DNA from: a virus
Reading direction: 5' to 3' (one strand)
Length of the DNA: 64,000 nt
IMG/VR virus record: IMGVR_UViG_3300044691_000274
Location: 1 to 64,000 of that record
The translations under genes were made by a program, and so were the position numbers. This document shows positions 37,459 through 46,930 of the stretch, in pieces. Numbering within the stretch: the stretch's first letter is position 1; each line of letters begins with the position of its first letter. The notes beneath the pieces are model-generated. The model did not search any database. It was not told the DNA's origin and was given only the letters and a program-made list of their open reading frames with translations.

Positions 37459-37916
37459 CCGCGATCCGGTTGATGCCCGAGCGGCAGTGTCACAAGTGCA
37501 AGCGTCAAACGGAATGGGGATGTGAGGCGAGCCGCTTCGTCTCTTCGGAAGAAGACCCCAACGCCGCGAAAGACGCTGATGGAATTTGGTGGGCCTGGTC
37601 GAAGCCGTCCATGCTCCCCATGACCGTAGACGACGAGGAAAGCTGGGCCTGTCCGCGCCAAGACATCAAACAGCGCGGGCCGGTCTGGAGCAAAATCCTC
37701 TTCTACTACGGGTTCTACAAGAAGGGCCATCTGCCGCAAGCCGGCGGCCTGGAAGACCAGTCGAACAAGGCCATCGCGCTGTTCCGCATCTTCGACAACG
37801 TCAATGCGGAGTGCGACGGGGTCGAGGTCGACCGGAGCCACGTAGGAGAGGATCGAGCCAGGCAACTGGCCCCGATAGTAGCGGAGCGGGACAAACACGA
37901 TGTCAGACGCGGGTGA
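37437..37916 (+). CDS. Tail assembly chaperone T portion, reached by -1 frameshift at A-AAA-AAC (37437-37443)
   Basis: The -1 frame is open from 37440 into ORF 37470-37916, which has no clear RBS; G.LP.AGGL.DQ motif. Confidence 0.8.
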   Translation, partial: KKLRRGITAIRLMPERQCHKCKRQTEWGCEASRFVSSEEDPNAAKDADGIWWAWSKPSMLPMTVDDEESWACPRQDIKQRGPVWSKILFYYGFYKKGHLPQAGGLEDQSNKAIALFRIFDNVNAECDGVEVDRSHVGEDRARQLAPIVAERDKHDVRRG

Positions 37917-40900
37917 GCTGAGCTTTCTCCTGAAAATGCGCGATGAGGCTTCGGCCGTCATTCGCGGATTTGCGGGCGCGGTTCAGTCCTCCAGCGCAGC
38001 TCACCAAACCGCGTCCTCTGCCGCCAAAGAGCACGGCGCCAGCCTCGACCATCTCGTCAACAAGGCCAAGGAAGCCGCAGAGGCGTTTGCCGCTGTGTGG
38101 ACGGCCAATGAGATGAGCCGCGAGACGTTGGGCGCTTGGGCCAAGCTCGAAGTCTCCATGACCCGCATCCAGCAGGTGTCTGGTCAGACCCAAGCCTCGC
38201 TCGACGGGCTTCAAGGGACGCTCGAAGAGCTGGCGGGCCACAGCCTAGATCAGACAGCCGGCCAACTCGCCAATGTCGCGCTGCAGGCCACGCGCCTCGG
38301 CGTCTCGGGCACGCAGGTCAAGGAGTTCACAACCACCGTCAGCCAGCTGGCCACGGCCACCGGCATGTCCACGTCGGCGATCGAGCACGGCATGTCGACC
38401 ATCCTTGCTGCGACCGGCGAGAGCGCTAACGGCGCGAAGCATTTCGGCGAGGTGTTCGCGGAGCTGGCCAACAAGACGCGCGACGGCGGTGAGGGCCTCA
38501 TGCAGGCCGCCCAAGCCCTGACCATGATGACGGCTGGCATGGGCTTGTCGTCGGAGAAGACCCTCGCCCTATCGTCCGCCTTGGGGAACCTCGGGCTACG
38601 CTCGCGCACGGCGGGCATGGCGGTCGGCCAGGCGATGCAGGAGTTCGAAAAGCTCGCGACCAACGACAAGATGTCCGACCAGCTCGGGCAGATGTCGCTG
38701 GCGCTTGGCATGACGGCCGAGCAGTTCAAGGAGATGCAGAAGAACGACCCGTCTGGGGTCCTGATCAAGTTCGAGGAGGCGATCCGGAAGGTCCAGGCGT
38801 CGGGTGGCAGCGTCGATGCGTTCCTCAAGCAGTTCAACCTGTCGGGGCGCATGACAGAGACAACGTTCATCGCGCTCTCCAAGCAGCTCGACCAGGTCAA
38901 AGAGAAGATGGACGCCGCTGCCAACTCGGCAGGTAGCACCAAGCTTAAGGACGACGCAGAGGCGCTGTCCAACACGCTGACCGGGCAGTTCCACGCCGCA
39001 GCCATGGCGGTGGAGGATTTCGGCATCGCGATCGGCAAGGCCGCAGAGCCGCTGGCGCTGCCCGTCATCAAGCAGGCCGTGGCCGACATCCACATGCTTT
39101 TCGACGCGTTCGAAGCGTTGCCTGAGCCAATCAAGGAGGTCGTCGCGGGGCTGCTGATCGGCGTGCCCATGTTCATCGCCGCCGCGACCGCATTCAAGTT
39201 CCTGACCGAAGTCATCCTGACCGGTATGGGGACCCTCCGCAGCATGAGCGGCATCCTGGGTGTCGTCACCAAGGTGATGATGACCTTCAGGGACGCTGAG
39301 GAGCTGGTGGCTCTCGAAGGCGCGCATGTCGCCGCAGGCTCGGCCGCCGCAGCTGAAGGCATCGCAGCGACAGGCGCAGCCGCGCGCACCGCAGAGGTGG
39401 GCTTCGCCGGGCTTGCCGGCCGCCTTCTGTCCATCACGACCTATTTCCTCGCCGCGCGTGAAGCAGGCATCCTGGCCGGGGGCTTCCTGAACTCGGTGTT
39501 GCCTGACAGCGTCAAGCAGGGCGTCCAGAGCTTCCGTCAGAACACGACCATCGGCCAGGGCATGAGCTGGGTCGGCAGCCACGTGCTGGGCGTCAATAGC
39601 GCTGAGCAAGACGCTCAGAAGAAGCAGGAAGAGGAAGAGCGAGCCAAGCGCGAGGCCGACGACGAGAGCTTCCGCAACAGCCCGTCCGGCATGGCGCGCG
39701 GGCGGCAGGCTGAGCGTTCGACGTCGGGGGCCAACGACAATGGTGGCGGTGGCAACCCGCAAGCCGCCATGTGGGAAGGCGCGCTCAAGGGCCTGGACGA
39801 TTACGAGACGAAATTGGGCGAGCTGAAGACCCAGCTCGACGCCATCAAGAACCTGCAGGCGCTGCCGGCTGACCAAAGGACAATTTCCAGCGAGCAGCTG
39901 CAGATCGAGAAGAACATCGTCGCGGAGAAAATCCGGGCGCTCGACCCAATGAACAAGATGCGGGACAGCTGGCGCGAACAGCTGCAGGCCGCGACCGCTT
40001 ATACGAAGGTCCAGCAGGAGCAAGCCGCGATCGAGAAGGCGGTTGCCGACGCACGTCGCTCGAACCCGCGTTTCAGCGCCTCGGACGAGACCGAGATGCG
40101 CGGCGCGATGAAGGCCACGAACACGGCTGAGCACAATAAGTCGTTCGCCGAGGACATGACCACGGCCAACCAGCAGCTCGCCGCTGCCGCCGCGATCTCC
40201 CAGACGTCTAAGGATCAGCTGCAGATCGACCAGCAGATCGCCGCCGTCGCCAAGACGAAAGGCTGGACCGACGCGCAGATCGCTCAGTACAAGCAGGTCC
40301 TGGAGCTGACCAAGCAGATCGAGGAGCGGACAGCGCAGTTCAAGGCCCTGAACCCGCAGGCTGCCTCGATCCAGAGCTATAACGACCAGCTCATGCTCCT
40401 GAAGAAGAACCTCGACGCCGGCAACATGAGCCAGGGCGAGTACAACCGCGAGAAGGCCAAGCTCGACGAGGACACACTCAGCGCGCGCGACCCGATCGGC
40501 GCCATCGTCGAGTCGCAGCAGGAAGAGATCGCCCAGCTGGGCGTCATCGGCCAATACCGCGAAGCCGATCTCAAGACACTGCAGGAGATCACCGCCCTCA
40601 AGAAGCAGGGCATCAAGGTCGACGACCAGACGGCTGGCCAGCTCCAAGGAGGCAATCGCGCGATCCAGGACATCAAGGAGGCTCAGTCCCAGATGCAGGG
40701 GCTGGAGGACAGCTTCGGCTCTGGCCTCGGCAACGCGATCTCCGGCGCGCTCTCGGGCCAGAAGGGCGCGTTCCAGAAGTTTGCCGCTGACTTCGGCAAG
40801 CAACTGTTCGACAGCGCGTGGAAGAACATCTGGAAGCAGATCGAAGGCCAGATGAGCGGCGGCATGAATGGGATGCTCGGCGGCCTCTTCGGCAAGGCCA

Positions 40901-42513
40901 AGGACGCGACCAGCTCGCTCGCCGGGGCCGGCGAAAAGCAGATGGCCGACACTATGTCGACTGCCGCCATGACCGTGCAGGCGGCGAACGTCACCATCAA
41001 CAGCGCGACCGCAGCGGCCACCGCAGCGACGGGCGGAGCCACGGCTGAAGGCGCCGCGCCCGACGTGACCGGCAGCACCGGCAACCAGGCGACGGCTCCG
41101 AGTGCAGGTATCAGCAAGTTGGTCTCGACTGGCGCAGGCGCAGCCAACGACAACAGCCCGAGCGGCAGCGCGAGCGGGGGCATAGGCTCGGACGCGCATA
41201 TCGCCACGATCGCCAAGGCCATCACGTCGGGAGGGGGTGGCATCGGGTCTGACTTCAAGGCCAGCGGTGGCATGGGTGTCAAAGACCTGATCTCGAAGGC
41301 GCAGAGCGCGCTGAAGGGCGCGAGTGGCATTGGTTCGGACGCAGTAGCGGGCGGTGCTGCGGCTGGCGCTGCGGGCGGCGCTGCGGGCGGCGGGGATGGC
41401 CTAGCCGCGTCCATGAAGGCATTGAAGGGCTTCGAGGGCTTCGCACCCAAGGCGAAGTGGGACGTCAACCATTACCGTGCCGGCTACGGCTCTGACACGA
41501 CGACCGACCCGAAGACCGGCGCTGTCCGTTCGATCCAGAAGGGTGACACCGTCTCGCGCGCTGAGGGCGACGCAGACTTGCAGCGTCGCGTCCAGACGGA
41601 GTTCATGCCGAAGGTTCGCGGGCAGGTGGGCGGCGACAAGTTCGACGGCATGAGCCCAGAGCAGCAGGGCGCCCTGACGTCCATGGGCTACAACTACGGC
41701 AAGTTGCCGAAGGACGTGGCCAGGGCGGCGCGCAGTGGCAGCACGGAAGACGTCGAGAAAGCCATGCGGGCGCACGAGCACGACAACGGTGGGATCAATC
41801 TCAAGCGTCGCGACCAGGAAGCCGACCTGTTCGGCGGCAAACAGCAGATGGATCAGGCCGCCAAGCTCGCTTCCCAGACCAAGGAGCAGGCCAAGGCCAT
41901 GCAGGACCAGGTGCAGGCGGCCAGCAAGGCTACGCAAGGGATCGGCAGTCTGAACAGCGGCATCGGCGAAATCGGCACGAAGGCGGCCGGCGCGGTGCCT
42001 GACATGAGTTCGTTCTCGGGTTCGATCGAGAAGATGGTCTCCAGTTTGGCGAGCGGAGCTGGTGGCGGGGGCGGTGGTGGCCTCGGCGGGATCGGCGGCG
42101 TGGTCAGCGGGCTGTTCTCGGCGGCGCATACCGGCGGCGTCGTCGGCTCGATGAACACCGGCATGTTGCGCTCGGTCAACCCGAACGTCTTCAACTTCGC
42201 CCCGCGTTTCCACGACGGCATGGGCAGCGACGAGTTCCCGGCTGTCCTGCAGAAGGGCGAACGGGTGCTGACCCAGAACCAGGACCAGCGCTCGACCGCG
42301 CTCATGAGCCGCATGGCAGCTGCGCTTTCCAACAAATCGACCCCCGCTGGGTCGGCTCCGGTCACGAACCCGGCATCGGGCGCTCAGGCGCGCGGCGGGC
42401 ACACAACCGTCAACGTCTACACGCCCAACGCGAGCAGCTTCCGCAGCTCGCAGTCCCAGATCGCAGCGACGACGCACGCCACCATGCGCCGCGCCAACGC
42501 CAAGCATAATTGA
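37900..42513 (+). CDS. Tape measure protein with internal lysozyme-like domain
   Basis: 1537 aa, Ala/Gln helical; GH24-like FEGF..KAKWD....AGYG...RR.QEA.LF at about 41410-41840; C-terminal HTGG / APRFHDG / EFPAVLQKGERVL. Confidence 0.92.
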   Translation: MSDAGELSFLLKMRDEASAVIRGFAGAVQSSSAAHQTASSAAKEHGASLDHLVNKAKEAAEAFAAVWTANEMSRETLGAWAKLEVSMTRIQQVSGQTQASLDGLQGTLEELAGHSLDQTAGQLANVALQATRLGVSGTQVKEFTTTVSQLATATGMSTSAIEHGMSTILAATGESANGAKHFGEVFAELANKTRDGGEGLMQAAQALTMMTAGMGLSSEKTLALSSALGNLGLRSRTAGMAVGQAMQEFEKLATNDKMSDQLGQMSLALGMTAEQFKEMQKNDPSGVLIKFEEAIRKVQASGGSVDAFLKQFNLSGRMTETTFIALSKQLDQVKEKMDAAANSAGSTKLKDDAEALSNTLTGQFHAAAMAVEDFGIAIGKAAEPLALPVIKQAVADIHMLFDAFEALPEPIKEVVAGLLIGVPMFIAAATAFKFLTEVILTGMGTLRSMSGILGVVTKVMMTFRDAEELVALEGAHVAAGSAAAAEGIAATGAAARTAEVGFAGLAGRLLSITTYFLAAREAGILAGGFLNSVLPDSVKQGVQSFRQNTTIGQGMSWVGSHVLGVNSAEQDAQKKQEEEERAKREADDESFRNSPSGMARGRQAERSTSGANDNGGGGNPQAAMWEGALKGLDDYETKLGELKTQLDAIKNLQALPADQRTISSEQLQIEKNIVAEKIRALDPMNKMRDSWREQLQAATAYTKVQQEQAAIEKAVADARRSNPRFSASDETEMRGAMKATNTAEHNKSFAEDMTTANQQLAAAAAISQTSKDQLQIDQQIAAVAKTKGWTDAQIAQYKQVLELTKQIEERTAQFKALNPQAASIQSYNDQLMLLKKNLDAGNMSQGEYNREKAKLDEDTLSARDPIGAIVESQQEEIAQLGVIGQYREADLKTLQEITALKKQGIKVDDQTAGQLQGGNRAIQDIKEAQSQMQGLEDSFGSGLGNAISGALSGQKGAFQKFAADFGKQLFDSAWKNIWKQIEGQMSGGMNGMLGGLFGKAKDATSSLAGAGEKQMADTMSTAAMTVQAANVTINSATAAATAATGGATAEGAAPDVTGSTGNQATAPSAGISKLVSTGAGAANDNSPSGSASGGIGSDAHIATIAKAITSGGGGIGSDFKASGGMGVKDLISKAQSALKGASGIGSDAVAGGAAAGAAGGAAGGGDGLAASMKALKGFEGFAPKAKWDVNHYRAGYGSDTTTDPKTGAVRSIQKGDTVSRAEGDADLQRRVQTEFMPKVRGQVGGDKFDGMSPEQQGALTSMGYNYGKLPKDVARAARSGSTEDVEKAMRAHEHDNGGINLKRRDQEADLFGGKQQMDQAAKLASQTKEQAKAMQDQVQAASKATQGIGSLNSGIGEIGTKAAGAVPDMSSFSGSIEKMVSSLASGAGGGGGGGLGGIGGVVSGLFSAAHTGGVVGSMNTGMLRSVNPNVFNFAPRFHDGMGSDEFPAVLQKGERVLTQNQDQRSTALMSRMAAALSNKSTPAGSAPVTNPASGAQARGGHTTVNVYTPNASSFRSSQSQIAATTHATMRRANAKHN

Positions 42514-42522
42514 GGAACGACC

Positions 42523-43632
42523 ATGGCTCTCCTTTGGATCGACGGGTTTGACGCCTACTCGCCAACAAGCGGCACGGTCATAGAGACGGTGCTGAACCAG
42601 CAGGGCTACATCGTGGTGGACCCCAACACGACGGACCTGCGCGCAAGCAACGTCACGCAGAGCGGCATCGGCTTCAGCCTGGATTTCGTCGGCACCGGCA
42701 CGTTGACACTGCCGTTCGGCAACTCGCCGGGGGTCATCGTCGGGTTCCGGTTCAATTCGCCGGTCGCGCTCGGCACTATCTTCGAGCTGAAATACAACAA
42801 CCTGCTCGGGGTGTTCACGACGCAGCTGGTTGTTTGGCTGAACGATCAGAACGGTATTTCGGTCGGGACGCAGGACGGCGACATCCTAGCCTCGACCCCG
42901 GTCAACTCGGTCCTGACGAACACCTGGTATTACCTGGAGCTGCTCTACGTCCCGAGCCCGACCAACGCCGGCACCGTTAAGCTCAGGATCGACGGCGTCG
43001 AACTCATCACCATCTCTGCAACAAAGACGGCCTTCGCCAACATCGCGAGCACGGTGGGCCAGGTCACGTCGAGCCTCGTCAACCAGATCAGCTTCAATTG
43101 GGTCGGCGGAGAATTCTCGCCAGGAGCCTTTAACGTTATGCCGGCCTTCGGCGGCTCTATCGACGACTTTTACCTGCTCGACACGACGGGCACGTTGTTC
43201 AACACGTTCCTGGGGGACGTGGTCGTTCATGCGGTGTTCCCGGCCTCCGATGCTGGCACGAACACCATGAGCCAGGTGGGCGGCGGCGCGGGGCATTTCA
43301 CCTCGGTCAAGGAAGTCGCGCCCGATGGCGACAGCAGCTATGTCTTCGGCAGCACCTCGGGGCTGAAGGAGCTGTACACGGTCTCGACACTGCCCGCCGA
43401 CATCATCGACGTGCTCGCAGTCAGCGTAGACGTCATGGCGCGCAAGGCCGCGATCGGCGACGGTTCGTATGAGAGCGCCTTGGTCTACAACACGGTCGAA
43501 GTCGACAGCCAGGCGTTCCCAGCCGCGTCCTCGTACACGGCGACCCACTTCATTGTCACGACGCCGCCAGGCGGGGGCTCGTGGACGCTCTCACTCGTGC
43601 AGAGCGCTAAGATCGGGTTCAAACTGCCGTGA
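42523..43632 (+). CDS. Minor tail protein (beta-sandwich)
   Basis: MALLWIDGFD start, WYYLEL..V.LRIDG, IDDFY..D. Confidence 0.6.
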   Translation: MALLWIDGFDAYSPTSGTVIETVLNQQGYIVVDPNTTDLRASNVTQSGIGFSLDFVGTGTLTLPFGNSPGVIVGFRFNSPVALGTIFELKYNNLLGVFTTQLVVWLNDQNGISVGTQDGDILASTPVNSVLTNTWYYLELLYVPSPTNAGTVKLRIDGVELITISATKTAFANIASTVGQVTSSLVNQISFNWVGGEFSPGAFNVMPAFGGSIDDFYLLDTTGTLFNTFLGDVVVHAVFPASDAGTNTMSQVGGGAGHFTSVKEVAPDGDSSYVFGSTSGLKELYTVSTLPADIIDVLAVSVDVMARKAAIGDGSYESALVYNTVEVDSQAFPAASSYTATHFIVTTPPGGGSWTLSLVQSAKIGFKLP

Positions 43633-44819
43633 GCGTCACCTTCCTGATCACGGACACACAGTTCACCCGAGGCAAGCTGGAGGTGGTCGGCGTCCCCACG
43701 CCCCCAGACGTGTCGCTGACGCGCGCAGTTTTGCAAGTAGCTGCAACGGCGCCGGCCAACCCAGCCATCCGGCTCGGTCGGGAGAGCATGCAGGTGATGG
43801 GGCAGGTCCCAGCGCCGATCGTCCATTTAGGCCGCGCGGTGATGCAGGTCCTCTGCACGCACACGCCCAACTATGCGAGAATTCCCGTGATCGTATCAGA
43901 CGTGTTCCCATACGACATCTCTTACGACTCTGTCGGCTCGACCCGGTTCGCGACGGACGTCCTCGTCGTGGACTCGGGCGACGATCAGCGGACCCAGCGT
44001 TGGGATCAGCCCGTCATGGAATACGACGTCGCCTATGGCGTCCGTACCATGGAGCAACTGATCGCGCTGGTGGCCTTCTTCCGCTCGATGCGGGGCCGGG
44101 CTATCGCGTTCAACTATCAGGACAATGTCGATTACACGTCCTCGATCCCGACGCGGTTCGAGTCGCGCGCGGCGCCGCCCATCACGCCCTTCGACCAGGG
44201 GTTCGCGGTCGGCGACAGCAACACGATGACGTTCCAGCTCTACAAGACCTACGCCACGGCGACGCAGACCCAGCCGCGCCCGATCACACGTCCGATCCCC
44301 GGCACGACTCGCATCGGGGTGAACGGCGTCGAGGTCACCAACTGGACCGTCGACACGAACACCGGCCTCGTCACCTTCAGCTCAGCGTTCTTCAAGCTGT
44401 TCACGGACGCGCTGACGACCTCGGTCCTCACCGGCAACACCGGGCGGCTTAGCGGCGTGGCCAACGACTTCAACGGTTTCAAGCCGTTCGTCGGCTACCG
44501 GGTGACGACCTCGGGCTTCGTCAACGCCCAGAACAACGTGCCGCTGACCCAAGTCGCGACCATCGGCGCGGTGGCCGCTAACGGCTCGACGATGGACATC
44601 AATTTCCCGGCGAGCTTCGGCGGCGTGGTCGAGATCACAGCCAACGCAACGGTGTCGCTCCATCCGGCGCCGCAGTCGGGGTCGTCGCTCACCGCAGGCT
44701 TCTGGTTCTATGTGCCAGTCCGCTTCGACACGGACACGCTGCCTTTGACTATTGCGGATTACGGTGTCGGCGGCGCGAACAGCGTCAAGCTGATCGAAGT
44801 CCGGCCGAACGCATTCTGA
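43629..44819 (+). CDS. Distal tail protein, DUF2460 (GTA g12-like)
   Basis: FP.DISY.S.G, FF.SMRGR, VGD.....FQL.KTY, RPITRP, TAGF.FYVPVRFDTD. Confidence 0.85.
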   Translation: MSVTFLITDTQFTRGKLEVVGVPTPPDVSLTRAVLQVAATAPANPAIRLGRESMQVMGQVPAPIVHLGRAVMQVLCTHTPNYARIPVIVSDVFPYDISYDSVGSTRFATDVLVVDSGDDQRTQRWDQPVMEYDVAYGVRTMEQLIALVAFFRSMRGRAIAFNYQDNVDYTSSIPTRFESRAAPPITPFDQGFAVGDSNTMTFQLYKTYATATQTQPRPITRPIPGTTRIGVNGVEVTNWTVDTNTGLVTFSSAFFKLFTDALTTSVLTGNTGRLSGVANDFNGFKPFVGYRVTTSGFVNAQNNVPLTQVATIGAVAANGSTMDINFPASFGGVVEITANATVSLHPAPQSGSSLTAGFWFYVPVRFDTDTLPLTIADYGVGGANSVKLIEVRPNAF

Positions 44820-44826
44820 GGGCGTC

Positions 44827-45615
44827 ATGAAAAGCATCCCTTCACCGCTGTTCACCGAGCTGCGATCTTCGAACCCCCGCATCGCGACGGGTTGGCTCGT
44901 CACGCGCAAGGACGGGGCGCAATATGGCTTCACGACGTCCGACATCGAGTTCGTCTACCAAGGACTCCTGTTCACGCCAGCCAACGGCTTCAACCCGTCC
45001 GCGATCGTCTCCAAGGCCGACGCCTCGGTCGACAACCTGGAGGCCCAGGTGCTCCTGTCCGATGTGATCACCGAGGAGGACCTGCGCGGCGGGGTGTGGA
45101 ACAACGCTGCGATCAAAGTCTTCTGGATTTGCCCGTTCCATCCGGAGTGGGGAGTCGTCCCGCTGCGCGGCGGCATCTTCGGCGAGGTGGTCATCAAGGA
45201 GGGGGATTTCACCGTCCAGCTCCGCGCGCTGTTCGAGCAGCTCCAGCTGCCGTTCGGTTATCAGTATTCGCTCCAGTGCCAGGCCCAACTCGGCGACGCG
45301 CGGTGCAAGGTGAAAGTAACTGCACCGGTCTGGCAGCCGAACCACACGTACAGGCTCGGGCTGATCTCGGACGCGGGCATCGGGGACATCGTTCAGCCGA
45401 CCGTCCCGAACGGCTTCTGGTACGTGGCCGCATACACGACCGAGGTGGGCCTCCAGTCAGAGCGCCTGCCGACGCTGCCAGGCCAAGGGCTCTCGGGCAA
45501 CGACGACCTGGGTCCGAACGACGACACCCAGACCGCTGTCGGGCCGGCGCAGGACAACTTCACCGAGTTCCATCCGATCTCGCCGGTCATGGACATTTTC
45601 GGGATTGAAATCTGA
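44827..45615 (+). CDS. Tail hub protein N-terminal part, DUF2163 (GTA g13-like)
   Basis: W.VTRKDG..YGFT, ITEEDL.GG.W..A, C.A.LGD.RC. Confidence 0.85.
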   Translation: MKSIPSPLFTELRSSNPRIATGWLVTRKDGAQYGFTTSDIEFVYQGLLFTPANGFNPSAIVSKADASVDNLEAQVLLSDVITEEDLRGGVWNNAAIKVFWICPFHPEWGVVPLRGGIFGEVVIKEGDFTVQLRALFEQLQLPFGYQYSLQCQAQLGDARCKVKVTAPVWQPNHTYRLGLISDAGIGDIVQPTVPNGFWYVAAYTTEVGLQSERLPTLPGQGLSGNDDLGPNDDTQTAVGPAQDNFTEFHPISPVMDIFGIEI

Positions 45616-46460
45616 TGGGCGGCAAGAGCAGCAACAATAGCGGGTACAACGCGCTGCAGGGCGGGAGAGGTGCCATCATCGCCGACCCGACGCCACCGAC
45701 CGCGACCTCAGTTTCGGGCGCCACGGAGCCCGTGTGGCCCACGTCGCCCGGCGCGACCATTCCTGATGGCGGCGTCAGCGGACCTCCGGTCATCACGGTG
45801 ATCATCGAGACGGCGCTGACGAACAGCAATTTCATCATCCGAGGGATCGACACGACCCACCTGACCGTGGGCATGCGCGTCTCGTGCGGGGGCCTGTATT
45901 ATCCGGCAAACACGGTGATCCAGTCGATCGGCACATTCGGTTCGGGGTCCATCGTCACCAGCAATCCACCAACGTTGCCCACGGAGTTCGTCGGTCCCGT
46001 TTTCCTCACGTTCCAGAGCGGCGGGGGCGGCACGGGCGCGATCATTTGGACCGCGATCCCAGCGCGCCAGAGCCTGCCGGGGACCGTGACGGCCATCCTG
46101 AACGAGGCGACCTTCAACCACGACCTCGGCCTCTACCCGAGCCATTATTTTCAATATGGGACCGTGACCTGGCTCACAGGGGACAACGCCGGCTTCACTT
46201 GCGACGTGCGCGACTCGCTCGCCAGCGTGCGGGGGTCCCAGCCTTACGTCTACATGCTGGAGATCGCCCCGAACCCGATCCAGGTGGGCGACACGTTCAC
46301 GGCACTCGTCGGCTGCTCGAAGATCAGGAGCAAGTGCCAGGCGTTCAACAATCTCGACAACCATCGAGCCTTCCCGGACATGCCGACCGAGGAGCGCGCG
46401 CTGGCGACGCCGAACATTTCGAACCAGGGCTTCTCGCCCAACAGCTCAAGCTCGAAGTGA
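45615..46460 (+). CDS. Tail hub protein C-terminal part (BR0599-type domain)
   Basis: YFQYG.VTWLTG.NAG, IQVGD.F....GC.K....C..FNN..N.RAFP. Confidence 0.8.
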   Translation: MGGKSSNNSGYNALQGGRGAIIADPTPPTATSVSGATEPVWPTSPGATIPDGGVSGPPVITVIIETALTNSNFIIRGIDTTHLTVGMRVSCGGLYYPANTVIQSIGTFGSGSIVTSNPPTLPTEFVGPVFLTFQSGGGGTGAIIWTAIPARQSLPGTVTAILNEATFNHDLGLYPSHYFQYGTVTWLTGDNAGFTCDVRDSLASVRGSQPYVYMLEIAPNPIQVGDTFTALVGCSKIRSKCQAFNNLDNHRAFPDMPTEERALATPNISNQGFSPNSSSSK

Positions 46461-46464
46461 CGCC

Positions 46465-46929
46465 ATGAAGCCCGAAGAGCTGCCAGTCGCCTACACCGTC
46501 AGCCGCCGCGAGATCATCAGGGTCGCGCGCGAGTGGATCGGCGCGCCTTATCGCCATCAGGGTCGCGGCAAGCGCGGCATCGATTGCGTTGGCCTGCTCA
46601 TTGAGGTCGCAGCCGGGGTCGGCCATCCAGTCGTGGCGCCGCACGCCTATTCGACCATGCCACAGGGCTGGCAGCTGCTGGTGCCGTGTGACGAGCAGCT
46701 GTGGAAGCCGGTTCGCCAGGCGCCAATCCCCGGCGACCTGGTCGTGTTCTGGGGCTGGCACCCGGCCGAGCCGCAGCACTTCGCCTTCGTCGCGGAGCAC
46801 GCCGGCCGCATCACGATCATCCATTCGTTCTCGAAGTTCGCCAAGGTCGTCGAGCAGGGCTGGAACCGGCATTGGACCGGGAAATTCCACTGCCTCTACA
46901 ACCTGCCAGGCACAGAGGAGATCTACTGA
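46465..46929 (+). CDS. NlpC/P60 tail peptidase (GTA g14-like)
   Basis: AREWIGAPYRHQG....GIDCVGL, PGDLVVF, H..F, IIHS. Confidence 0.9.
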   Translation: MKPEELPVAYTVSRREIIRVAREWIGAPYRHQGRGKRGIDCVGLLIEVAAGVGHPVVAPHAYSTMPQGWQLLVPCDEQLWKPVRQAPIPGDLVVFWGWHPAEPQHFAFVAEHAGRITIIHSFSKFAKVVEQGWNRHWTGKFHCLYNLPGTEEIY

Positions 46930-46930
46930 A

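Noticed and set aside
38596-41199. Long minus-strand ORFs (867 aa here; also 56220-58472, 22311-23999, 41401-42507)
   Set aside because: They are antisense shadows of GC3-biased plus-strand genes, with no recognisable motifs
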